A program made the position numbers and the translations under genes. A stretch of DNA of 64,000 bases. It comes from Octopus sinensis (lineage: Eukaryota). The stretch is from assembly GCF_006345805.1 (NCBI RefSeq), contig NC_043013.1:49848001-49912000 (forward strand), read 5' to 3'. How positions within the stretch are numbered: position 1 is the first letter of the stretch; every line of letters begins with the position of its first letter. This document shows positions 1-11,753 of this stretch, one piece after another. The notes below the pieces were generated by a model. The model saw nothing but the letters and a program-made list of their open reading frames with translations. It searched no databases and had not been told where the DNA came from.

Positions 1-146
1 GGTACCACCGTAAGTTTGGTACACAAGTGCATGAGTGTTTTCAACCATGCCTGTTTTGTTCAGTCGACCAAGCACTGGGAAATGGTGAAGCCAGGGACTA
101 AGGGCAACTATATCTCCTGATATTCCTTCAATAAGTCATGTACTGT

Positions 147-524
147 GGAGGCGCAATGGCCCAGTGGTTAGGGCAGCGGACTCGCGGTCATAGGATCGCG
201 GTTTCGATTCCCAGACCGGGCGTTGTGAGGGTTTATTGAGCGAAAACACCTAAAAGCTCCACGAGGCTCCGGCAGGGGATGGTGGTGATCCCTGGTGTAC
301 TCTTTCACCACAACTTTCTCTCACTCTTACTTCCTGTTTCTGTTGTACCTGTATTTCAAAGGGCCGGCCTTGTCACTCTCTGTGTCACGCTGAATATCCC
401 CGAGAACTACGTTAAGGGTACACGTGTCTGTGGAGTGCTCAGCCACTTACACGTTAATTTCACGAGCAGGCTGTTCCGTTGATCGAATCAACCGGAACCC
501 TCGTCGTTGTAACCGACGGAGTGC
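147..524 (+). mobile_element. tRNA-derived SINE (family A), full length
   Basis: A box tggcccagtgg, B box gtttcgattcc; 12-bp TSD aagtcatgtact (133-144, 529-540); second copy at 47690-48074. Confidence 0.85.
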
Positions 525-699
525 TTCCAAGTCATGTACTTTATGTTTTTGACATAATATTGTTTCCTTGTGGATACTGGTGCAGCATTAGGCTAAGCCT
601 GTCACATTTCTATATGAATCATGGAAACTGACAAGGGTTAAATTAAAAGCTGTTAACCATTCTCCGATACCCACATATGATGAAAAATCCATGACTATA

Positions 700-1108
700 G
701 GCGCAGGAGTGGCTGTGTGGTAAGTAGCTTGCTTACCAACCACATGGTTCCGGGTTCAGTCCCACTGCGTGGCACCTTGGGAAAATGTCTTCTGCTATAG
801 CCTCGGGCCGACCAAAGCCTTGTGAGTGGATTTGGTAGACGGAAACTGAAAGAAGCCAGTCGTATATATGTATATATATGTATGTGCATGTATGTTTGTG
901 TGTGTGTTTGTCCCCCTAGCATTGCTTGACAACCGATGCTGGTGTGTTTATGTCCCCGTCACTTAGCTGTTCGGCAAAAGAGTCCGATAGGATAAGTACT
1001 GGGCTTACAAAGAATAAGTCCCGGGGTCGATTTGCTCGACTAAAGGTGGTGCTCCAGCATGGCCGCAGTCAAATGACTGAAACAAGTAAAAGAGTAAAGA
1101 GTAAAAGA
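700..1108 (+). mobile_element. Composite CORE-like SINE (family B) with internal (TA)n(TG)n
   Basis: Head ggcgcaggagtggctgtgtgg...ggttcagtccc, CORE-like accttgggaaaatgtcttct, internal microsatellite, tail gtaaaagagtaaa; many copies in the window. Confidence 0.85.
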
Positions 1109-1500
1109 GAGAGACTAGATTTTAATTTGTGCAGGGAGTTCAGGTGTATTTTCTGATAGCAGATCTTCCTTACCCTATCACTGATTTTTTGCATCATATG
1201 GTCTTCTTGTTGACTTGAGAAATAAGAAACTACTTAACTCAGAGGTTTGTCAATAAAAAGTATGAGCGTGAAACCCACCACTTTCTATACTTTGATAAGA
1301 TAGTGAATCTGAGGAAGTTGTAATGAAATCTTTTACCTTCTATTTAAAGCAAACAAGAGGATGCTAACTAGGAAGTTAAACTGATTTGTGTTCAAACTAA
1401 TTTTGTTTGCTGAGAAGTGGACCTCCAGCTCAACAAAACACACTGCTGGATCTCTTGTCCAGGATAGGGTAAAACAGGACAGTGCAACCTGCATGGCTAG

Positions 1501-1593
1501 TTAGGGTTTTAGGGTTTATGGTTAGGGTTAGGGCTAGGGCTAGGTTTTTAGGGTTAGGGTTAGAGTGTTAGGGTTAGGGTTTTAGGATTAGGG
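1501..1593 (+). repeat. Degenerate interstitial (TTAGGG)n array
   Basis: Nine exact TTAGGG units plus CTAGGG/TTAGAG/TTAGGA variants. Confidence 0.85.
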
Positions 1594-2034
1594 TTAATGT
1601 TGGGGAAAAGTCAAAATTAAAGAATTTGGGGCAGGGAAAGGTGGGGAATTTCACAATGCCGATTTTTGGCAATTTTCCGAAACCTCCGTATCCGAAAACA
1701 GGGACCTTTGGCAAAAAAATCTTTTAAATAAACAAATTTGGGAGAAAATGGTGGGGGACGAACAGAAGTCTTTCCGAATTTTTTTCCAACAAATTTTTAC
1801 ATACACTTAATCTACAGGATCTAAGCGATTATTTGTTGAAAGTTTCGTTTAAAAGTATCCATTTTTCTGAAAGTTGGGATGCAACAAATCTGGCAGGGTA
1901 TGAATCTGTAGTTATGCCTGCACTTCTACCTTTTCCTTTTTGCACATTAAATCCGATATAACTGTAATCTACATTATTTGAAAGGTATTCATAGAAACTT
2001 TTATTTAAAAAATAACTACTTTTCTGAAAGTTTG

Positions 2035-2430
2035 TGTGGTAAGTAGCTTGTTTACCAACCACATGGTTCCGGGTTCAGTCCCACTGCGTGGCACCTTGGG
2101 CAAGTGTCTTCTACTATAGCCTCGGGCCAACCAAAGCCTTCTGAGTGGATTTGGTAGACGGAAACTGAAAGAAGCCCGTCGTATATATGTAAATATATAT
2201 ATATGCGTGTGTGTGTTTGTGTGTCTGTGTTTGTCCCCCTAGCATTGCTTGACAACCAATGCTGGTGTGTTTATGTCCCCGTTACTTAGCGGTTCGGCAA
2301 AAGAGACCGATAGAATAAGTACTGGGCTTACAAAAGAATAAGTCCTGGGGTCGAGTTTCTCGATTAAAGGCGGTGCTCCAGCATGGCCGTAGTCAAATGA
2401 CTGAAACAAGTAAAAGAGTAAAGGGTAAAG
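2035..2430 (+). mobile_element. Family B SINE, slightly 5'-truncated
   Basis: Near-identical to 700-1108. Confidence 0.85.
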
Positions 2431-3499
2431 AGAGGAAATAATGTCGACTCTTGGGAATCATCGGAAACACCACTCCCCCGCCCCCCGAAAAACTTTTTCC
2501 CAAAAAGTTCCAATATGGTCAGAATCTATACCTTCTGAAAGGTATTTGTAGAAAATTTCATTAAAAAATATCCAGTTTTTTTTTAAGTTATGAAGAAACG
2601 AAGTGGTGGTGGTCACGCTTGTATAGGCATAACTAGCTAAGAATGAATAATACGTTTTTGTCTTACGTGATTGACAATGAATGACGTGAAGTAAATGAAA
2701 TACAAAACGCAGATGAATAAAATGTAAATTACGAACCATTGAATCCCATGACAGAAGAGGGTTTTATTTCGACGGGTTCCTCACTTCTTTCCGACATGAT
2801 TACAATTTCGGTAATCCCTAAACACTTCTCATACAAACACAATTCAGATGTAAACTGTTGCCTAGCAATGGAATAACAACTTTCTTTAAAGGGAAATTAA
2901 TGTGGCGTAACGCTAAAACGGAAGGGAGATAACTTGTCACTTGAGTCTGGAAATGGTATATTTTACTCCAAGTCAAATCTAAAATACAAACTTTGTAAAA
3001 AAAAATTAAATTAACAACAGTTGGTATTATATAATCAGCGTTATCTAAAAAATTTTTTTACATATTCATAATACAAGGAAAATTTCCTATAAAAATATCA
3101 TTGGATCTTTTCGGTTTGAACGGCAGTTTTTAACATAATTTCTAGGTAACTAAAAAATTTAGAAATATAGAAATAATTCCATATTTATATATTTAAATAC
3201 TAACATAACATATATTTATAATTATTTATTAAATGGTAATTATTGGTTTTAATAAAGGAAAGTTAAGTTAAAGGAATATGTTGAAATTCTTATGTTGAAA
3301 TATTAAATATTAACAATTTTAATCTAAGCATATTTCTTTTATTTTAAATAGTGAATATACCAGCATTGTTTTATATAAGCTGAGTATGAAATTTATAGAG
3401 ACATATGACATAGAGTAATATAGCAAATAAGTAAATAAGAGACTAGTTTTAAAATAAAATAAAGAAATAAAAAAATAAAAATGCGTTGGACAAAGCATA

Positions 3500-4205
3500 T
3501 CTCTAAAATTGTCAAGAAGGCCGAGGGTGTCTTGGCATCACTCAGCAAGACTTTTGTTAGCCACTCTCCAGCCATCTATTTAAAGCTGTATACAGCTATG
3601 GTATGACCACACTTGGAATTCGCATCATCCGTTTGGAACCCCTATCTTGCTCAGAACATTGACCTCCTGGAATCTGTCCAGAGACGTGCAACCAAACGCA
3701 TACCCTCCATCAGACACCTACCATATTCTGAGTGCCTTGTTTCCCTGGGCATGGATTCACTGAAGCTCCGGCGTCTGGCGATGGACTTGGTAAACACCCA
3801 CAAAGTTATCAACCACCTCACCAACAACAACACTGAACACCTTTTTGATCTCCATGTGTCCAACACACGTGGACATGCCTACAAAGTCAGAAAACAGCAC
3901 AGCTCCCATGACTTTCGGAAACATTTTTTCACGCTCAGAGTCGCTGAAGCATGGAACAAACAGCCGGCATCAGTTGTTGACTGCCATGACACTGCATCCT
4001 TTAAGGCCCTCATGCTTTCCGAAATCTGCCGAAACTACACCTGATTGTCCCCCTTCCATACTCATACACATATGTGTATGTCGTGACTCGTGCACTGTTC
4101 TTTTCCTGATGCTTGTACATTACCCTATGCACTATACATACACTTTAGATGAGTTGTAGTGCACCTGAGCAGTGTACACAATGTTTTATTATTATTGTTA
4201 TTATT
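3500..4205 (+). mobile_element. CR1-clade LINE 3' end
   Basis: EFASSVWNPY...LESVQRRATK...SNTRGHAYK...FFTLRVAEAWN; (ATT)n tail. Confidence 0.92.
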
Positions 4206-6685
4206 TGTAGAATAATTATAGACAAGGGATAAAATGGTTTATATGCCAAAACTATGGTAAGGTATATTTACCTTATTTACATCAATAGGTAAGGTAATTT
4301 ATTAGAAAAAATTAATCATTCAAAATGTTAGACTAAAAATTATATTTACTTGTCATGAAAATATCTATAAAGGACTGATGTTTAATGTCGGGTAAAGAAA
4401 TAATTAAGCTATAGGACAAAAAATTTTATTATCAACAAATCTTTTTATAAAATTATGGGTTTTATTATAGGTTTAAGAAATTGTTATTATTAAGCCTTAC
4501 ATGATATTTATATTTTCTAATTGTAACTTACTTAGAAATGCTATTTATATAAAGCTCCTTATATATACTAAGATCAGGAGGGTAGAGCTATTTGAGAGAA
4601 AGAGAAATCAAGTAATTCTTACAAAAATTTTTAAACAATATTATTTTGCTGTATAAGGTTATAAAATATTAATTAGGGTAATTTCAGAAGATTATTTAGA
4701 ATGAGATTCTTAGCAAACAGAATACCACTATTGACTTGTATACCAAAATCCCTTGACTACATTGGAAGGGGGGTAACAGAAAACATGCAAAGAAAAAGAA
4801 ATGGAAATAAAAGGAAAAAGAAATAGATAAATGCTTATATGGCGGTGCCCCAGCATGGTCACAGCTCGTGAGCTGAAACTAGATAAAATAAAATAAATAT
4901 ACTTTATAACTTATTTAAAAATTTTCCTTACTATAAGGTTTCTGTGGAGATTGGTCAAATGGATTTAACCAATATTTAATATTTGATAAGGGTAACTGAG
5001 GTTAAAGAACACATCCACTATATACTGATTTAATTAAAATTTAATGAATTTATTCAATTTAAATTAAAAATTTAGTAGAGTTATAAGTAATATTTTAGTT
5101 TCTAAAAAGTTCATATTTGGAGGGGTTATTTAAGATTAAAAAGCACCCACTACACTCTCGGAGTGGTTGGCGTTAGGAAGGGTATCCAGCCATAGAAACT
5201 CTGTCAGATCAAGACTGGAGCCTGGTGCAGCCATCTGGTTTGCCAGCCCTCAGTCAAAATCGTCCAACCCATGCTAGCATGGAAAGCAGACGATGATGAT
5301 GATGATCAAAATTAGGGGGATAAGACATTTTAAGAAAAAGAGATGAAAAATTTTATTATTGAAACTATTTAGAATACCATTTAGACAAGAGAACAAATGT
5401 ATTATAAATTATAAATTAGTAATTTAGGAAGTTAAAATTTTGGCATTTAAATTTTAAAAAATTTTTTGAAGATCCTATATTGTTTATTATAAGTAAAGTA
5501 TGGCTATGTAGGGGTACAACAATTTAGACTTGTATAAAGGTATATATAGAATATTGAAAAAGATTAGGTAGAAACAGATGTGAAAATAGCTAAATCCCTA
5601 AAATTATTGTGGAGTATGTATACAACTTAGTAACTTCAATAGATATATAGAATATATGTAATAATTTTAGTAATTAAAAATTATTTACTCAATTTGTCTG
5701 TTGTTAAATTATTAATACCTAGTGTTGATTAAAAAATTAATATTATGGGGTATGCTATTTCTGCATTGATTTTTAAAACTAAGAGGTATAAATTAAGATT
5801 TTAAAATTCAGGAATGATAAAATGTTATTTTCTAAAATATTTGAAGGTACAGGTAGTACTATGTATACATAATACCCCAGTTCTAAACAGTTATTTAACA
5901 GGTTTACATTATCCTTATGTTTAAAAATTTCATAAATCTCCTGGGAGCAGAGCTCACATCCATATCTACTATTTCTATAAGGTTGTGCTTTCCTTACTAT
6001 TTTCCATTTAAGGCTAAATCTAATTCTATTTTCCTTTAATTCCCAAATTTTATTGTATAATGTTGTGCAGTTTGCCTTATGCTTAAGTTTGAAAGATGAT
6101 ATATAGTTATATATTCGTTTTTTTTAATTTACAGAGCAACTGAAATAAATATAATTATTAGTTGAAGTTGCTACTGTACATTTGTATACAACGTTTTAGG
6201 CTAGACATCGTCCCGATACTGGACAATGGGACTTAACACTACAATTACAACTAGGAGGATAATTATTGATATTAGTATTATTAAGAATTAAATTATTGTT
6301 ATTATTATTATTATTTAAATTATTATTAACATTGATAGTGTTATCGTTATTTATAATTACATTCTCAGGTAAGTTTTGGTTTTAACTATTAGTTTATAAT
6401 TCCTCCTCTACCATCCTATCATATAAATTCCTCTCATCACCATCAGGTATACAAATAGTTTCCATGCACGCATATGTACTGGAACTCTAGTCCATAGCGT
6501 TACTATTGGCAGTCCTAATGTCATTTATATCATATACCCTATCATTTTCAATATTATTATTTTCATTATGGGGGTTTAAGTCTTGGTTAATAGGAATATT
6601 ATTATTATTATTCATATAATTATTATTTTCATTTCCATTGTTATTATTATTTTTATTATCATTTTTATTGTTAGTGTTATTGTTG

Positions 6686-6689
<4 letters not shown>

Positions 6690-6744
<55 letters not shown>
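6690..6744. repeat. (TTA)n microsatellite
   Basis: Pure ATT run at the R4-like 3' end. Confidence 0.95.
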
Positions 6745-6747
<3 letters not shown>

Positions 6748-7330
6748 TAGTTTTATTTTTATAGCGTGCTTTCACTTCACTACCGAGCGCAGCTCTGTGT
6801 GCCTTGGGTATGTGCTGTGATTTGTTGTAATGCTCTGATGGTTATATATATTTGTAAGTCCTGGTGTTTTTGTTATGTATTTGTCTGAATATTTTTTTAT
6901 CATGCCTAATGCACCTACTATGATAGGAATTGTTTCTGTTTTTAGATTCCACGTTCAAGTTACCTCCATTTCCAGGTCTTTGTATTTTGAAAGTTTCTCC
7001 ATTTCTTTTAGAGACACGTTGTCATCTGCCGGTATTGATAAATCGATTAGAAAGCGTTTTTTTTCTTCATGAGCTCTGACAACTATATCTGGTCTGTTGG
7101 CCATAATTTCTCTATCTGTGTGTATTGGCATATCCCAGAGTATGGTTGCTTTCTCGTTTACTGTGACCTTTTCTGGTGTGTGCCTATATCATCTTTTTTC
7201 TGTTGTTATTCCATAATGTTGGCATAGCTTCCAGTGTATGTAGGTCCCAACTCTGTCAAGTCTGTGAATATATTCCTTCTTTGCCAGGACTGGGCAGCCA
7301 GAGATAATATGATTTAGGTTATCTGTTAGT
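6745..7330 (-). mobile_element. R4/Dong-like non-LTR retrotransposon 3' end (zinc knuckle + restriction-like endonuclease)
   Basis: HIISGCPVLAKKEYIHRLDRV...HWKLC, LWDMPIHTDREIMANRPDIV, KEMEKLSKYKDL, IPIIVGALG; abuts (TAA)n. Confidence 0.85.
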
Positions 7331-7554
7331 GGCTGGTCAGAGAATGACCATTGGTTTCACATCTATAAAGTTGTAGAGAGGTTATGTGCCTCCAGCCATT
7401 TGAGTCTGACAAGTTGCTCGTAAAGCTAAGTGCAAAACCAGTGGTCACTCTCTAACTGACCATAACAAACAACCTTCTAAATATACTCCTGCTCTAATGC
7501 ATTAGAGTGTTCCTTTTGCAGATTTATGAACTACTGACCAATATACATATACAT

Positions 7555-7832
7555 ATTTGGTAGACTAAAACTGAAAGAAGCCCATCGTATATATATGTAT
7601 ATGTTTGTGGGGGGGGTTGTGTTTGAGTGTGTGTGTGTGTGTTTGTCTCCCCAACATCACTTGACAACCAATGTTGGTGTGTTTATGTCCCCGTAACTTA
7701 GCCTTTTGGCAAAAGGGACTGATAGAATAAGTACTGGGCTTACAAGGTCCTGGGATTGATTTTTTCAACTAAAGGTGGTGCTCCAGCATGGCTGCAGTCA
7801 AAATGACTGAAATAAGTAAAAGAATAAAAGAA
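7555..7832 (+). mobile_element. Family B SINE, 3' part
   Basis: Matches the 3' two-thirds of family B. Confidence 0.75.
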
Positions 7833-8420
7833 TACACACACACACACACACACACACAGATACATGCATGCACACAGAGTTGTATATACATAATTATACA
7901 CACACACGCACAAACATATATGTATATGTATGTATACACATGCTCAAGCACACTCATCTATTATCAGCAACAGCATTTTAATGTCCACTCTTCCATACTG
8001 GCATAGGTTAGAATTTTCTCCAGTTGGATGCCCTTCCTGATGCCAACCCTCAGCTGTGTACAAGTAAGGTAATAACCATCATCTTTGGAGCAACAAACAG
8101 TTGGGACATAGCTGTGAAAACAACTGGAAACAGCTGTTTTTTTTTACAGTCAGCAAACATGAACATGAAGGAAACATGAACTGACTTACACAAACATACT
8201 CATAAAAAACTTATGCACTCTCTGCCTCTTACACACATACACATTGTGTCAACCAGTTTTAACTCACAAGGTATTGGTCAACCCACATGGCTAAGAAGTT
8301 TGCTTCAGAGTAGGAGGAGGAGGTAGTCACACATTCGTGGTAACAGCACTTTTACCAGTGTAATCTACAATTTTGTCAGTGGAAGAAACCAGCTGGTCTA
8401 CCATACTGACTTGTTATTTC

Positions 8421-8641
8421 TTATTTCTTTATTGCCCACAAGGGGGCTAAACAAGGACAGACAAAGGGATTAAGTCGATTACATCGACCCCCCAAGTACA
8501 TAACTGGTACTTATTTAATCGACCCTGAAAGGATGAAAGGCAAAGTCGACCATGGCGGAATTTGAACTCAGAACGTAAAGACAGACGAAATACTGTTAAG
8601 CATTTCGCCCGGCGTGCTAACGTTTCTGCCAGCTCGCCACC
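8421..8641 (-). mobile_element. tRNA-like SINE (family C; central gcctttcatcctttcggggtcgataaa domain)
   Basis: Reverse complement of 61877-62107; central domain resembles conserved Deu/Nin/Meta-type SINE cores (not resolved without alignment). Confidence 0.8.
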
Positions 8642-9034
8642 TTATAACTGACTTCTATCCTACTGACTTCTGTCATGGGAGGGAGAATGGCTTGCACATT
8701 TGACAGCAAATGAGAGAAGAATAATTGCCTGATCATTACATTGTCAGCGGATTCACTATTACTAAGCACCCACATCCAATGAAGAAGTTGGGTCAGCATT
8801 CTGTCACTTCATTGACCAAGATGGGAAAACGTTTTTTCCACAGGGAGAGACGTTTATCTGAGAACCTGGTTTTTGATTGGGTAGTACAGAGCATCATGAG
8901 GTGGGTCTGTGATAAGATCCTTCAAATTAAGTGTAAGTATGGCAGGAATGGCACAAAGCAATATGTGTAGCTGCTGTTGATCTGAAGAAATCTTGTTAGC
9001 AGTGAAATGCGTAAACCAAACTCTTATAATAATA

Positions 9035-9345
9035 ATATAATAATAATGAAATTATTGTATACAGTGCTCAGGTGCACCACAACTTGTCAGAAAGTGTGTA
9101 TAAAGCATATGCAGTAATGTACAAATGTCTGGAAAGCGAACAATGTATGAGTCAGATACATGCTTGCGTGTGTATGGAAGGGAGGAAATCAGGTGTAGTG
9201 TTGGCGAATCTCTCAGGAAGCATGGAAGTTTTGAAGGACGCAGTGCTCTGACAACTAACAACTGATGCCGGCAGTTTGTTCCATGCTTCAGCAACTCTCA
9301 GCGTGAAAAAATGTTTCCTAAAGTCATAGGAGCTGTGCTGTCACC
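9035..9345 (-). mobile_element. CR1 3' end
   Basis: Reverse complement of the tails at 3890-4200 and 52150-52440. Confidence 0.85.
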
Positions 9346-9496
9346 ACTGAATATAAGCAAAGTGGAAGGACTCATTTCAACCACTAATTAGGAAGAAGTC
9401 CCAATAAGCACAAGTCAGCAAAAATGTGTAAGGCACTAACTTAACAGAAACGAATTCATGGAAAAGAGAAAAGAATTTGTCCTCCTTCTTCTTTAA

Positions 9497-9716
9497 CCCT
9501 TTAGTGTTCAGATTATTCTGTCAAATGTGATGTTTGTTTATTTAAAATGGTGTGAATTAATCATGCATTATCTTGTAGTTTAGAGATTTCAGTGATGTGA
9601 TTTTTTAGTTTTAGAATGACATGGTAGGGCTGAGGTGAGAGGCAAGATCTGGTCAGTTTCAATATAAAACAGGTTAAATATTTTGGCTGGATATGGCCGG
9701 TTTGAATGCTAAAGGG
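9497..9716. mobile_element. piggyBac-type MITE
   Basis: TTAA|ccctttag...ctaaaggg|TTAA. Confidence 0.85.
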
Positions 9717-10295
9717 TTAAAACCCAGGAAAACAGCATAAATTTACAAAGTAGTCATTTCAACAATGGATCATCAGTGGCAGTGAGCAGGAAAATGAAAT
9801 CTCAGTGGAGGCAAGGCATGCATGTTAGGTACTGTTGTGCATGCGTGAGCTGCCATGAGGTGTTGAGGGAGCACAAAAAATTAGCAAGGAGAGTAGCCAT
9901 CTTTGAAGCCTAGTGCACCCATGTGGTTGCAACATGTCAGCTGTTACAGGAACAGAAAGTTTAGTTAGCAGGTTGAGGATGTCACCAGTGGTTACTTTTC
10001 TTTTTTTTGAAAATATTTCTTGAAGAAATATTTAGACATCTGGGACACCAATTTGTAGCTTACCTGGTGGTTTCCTATAAGAGAAAAATTTGGGAAGGAT
10101 GTGTGATGGAAATATCAGAAAGCTTAATTAGAGTTGTGTATCAGAAGGCTTAATCAAGGTGAAAACTCACATCAGCAAAAAACAAGACATTGTTACAAAA
10201 ATATATTTGATTTATACAGTTCTATATTTAAGAGATGAGGAATTATGTACATTATTTACATTTGACGGATATTTGTCCTCATCTTGTTTGTTGTT

Positions 10296-10341
10296 AAAAC
10301 AACATTTCGGCTGATATACCCTCCAGCCTTCATCAGGTGTC
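10296..10341 (-). ncRNA. Minimal type I hammerhead-like motif (inverted pseudo-LTR copy)
   Basis: Minus strand: GACAC CTGATGA A GGCTG...CAGCC GAAA TGTT GTTTT. Confidence 0.55.
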
Positions 10342-11238
10342 TTGGAGAAATTTCAAACCTGGTTTCTCATTCCTTAGGAATTTTTCGGTGTTATTATCAT
10401 TAATGATGATTATTAATATCATTATTATTATTCAGGTTATTGCCTGGAATTGAACTTGGAATCTTGGGGTTAGTAGCCCACGCTCTTAACCACTATACCA
10501 TATGCCTGTGTACAATTAGGGAGTAAATTTTAAGGCTTATAAATTTAATATTTTCCTATCTTTCCTTAATACCGGTTCCCATATGCTGCTCGTATCTGCA
10601 CTTAGTCTGCTCAGGAGGTTGTTGTATCCTAGCATATGTGCTGCTTCTCGTATTTTCAGTGGTGTTCTCTGTCTATTATTTTAACTTCATCCCACAGGGG
10701 GAAGTGGTCTCCATTTTTCCATACATCATCAGCTATACCCGATTTATCAATACCTCCTCGTGGCACAACTTTGCAATGTTCATCTACCTTTATTTCAAAG
10801 GGCGGCATGTTTTGCCTTTGTATAACTTACCACAGCTGCATGGCATGGAGTACATACAGTCTTTGGTCATATTCTCTTCTATTGGTGGTTTTACTCGAAG
10901 GAGATATTTGCGAAGTGTTGTATTACTCTTGAATACTGCCCTAATGTCATATGGGCCGCATATCTTTTGTATCTTTTCAGAGAAGCCTTTCACATAGGGT
11001 AGAAAGACTGTGGACCGTTTATTGGTTTCATCCTCTCCTTTCTTCATAGTTGGAGTAGATAGTAAGTTTTTGGGATAGTTGTGGCTTAATAGATTGTTAC
11101 TGAGCTTGATCATTTCTTCATGGTGGGTATCACGATTGCTACTTATATTTGTTGCTCAATGTTTTAGGCACTGAGCAATTCCTCTCTTTCAATTCCCACC
11201 ATCCATACAGTGTAAAGAGAGGTTCAAAATTTCCCCAA

Positions 11239-11284
11239 GACACCTGATGAAGGCTGGAGGGTATATCAGCCGAAACGTTATGTT
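11239..11284 (+). ncRNA. Minimal type I hammerhead-ribozyme-like motif in pseudo-LTR
   Basis: GACAC CTGATGA A GGCTG-gagggtatat-CAGCC GAAA CGTT ATGTT. Confidence 0.6.
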
Positions 11285-11656
11285 AACAACAAGCAAGATG
11301 AGGACAAATATCAGTCAAATGTTAATAATGTACATAATATATATATATTTGATTTATTCTAATAAATGTGGACAAGAGATGGCTAATAGCTGAGCAAAGC
11401 TGGTGTGTGTGAGTCAGAAAGATTTATAAGTTACTTTTGTGTTAAAACTATTTGGGTTAATATAAAGTTACATTGTAGCAGAGTGTAGTTGCTGCAAATG
11501 AACATCAGCATTTCTCAGTTGGACACTAACTACAGACACTTGGTTCTCTCTAAGGCAGAGAACCAGTTTGCTGATATTACTGCGCCTTGGATTTGATTGG
11601 CTGGCTGCTGTAGCACTACTGTGCTACTACGCAGTATCACACTAGCTTTCCTGACT

Positions 11657-11715
<59 letters not shown>

Positions 11716-11753
11716 ATACACATATATATATATACACACACACACACATATAT

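Larger units (their letters stand above)
10215..11342 (-). mobile_element. Penelope-like element fragment (GIY-YIG) between inverted pseudo-LTRs
   Basis: LPYVKGFSEKI...YSMPCSCGKLYKGKT...EHCK; inverted repeat of about 110 bp (10245-10352 vs 11228-11335); 14-bp flanking direct repeat atatatttgattta (10201-10214, 11343-11356). Confidence 0.88.

Noticed and set aside
147-225. tRNA gene (also heads at 38740-38810, 700-780 and similar)
   Set aside because: A/B boxes continue into SINE bodies with tails and TSDs; no complete cloverleaf is supported.
3000-6600. Extreme AT-rich stretch as a special element
   Set aside because: It contains garbled remnants of known repeats and looks like low-quality consensus or decayed DNA; no structure found apart from the CR1 and RTE pieces.
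8640-9000. Host exon or RT fragment (VAAVDLKKS-like)
   Set aside because: Only a single weak motif across a frameshift; not supportable.
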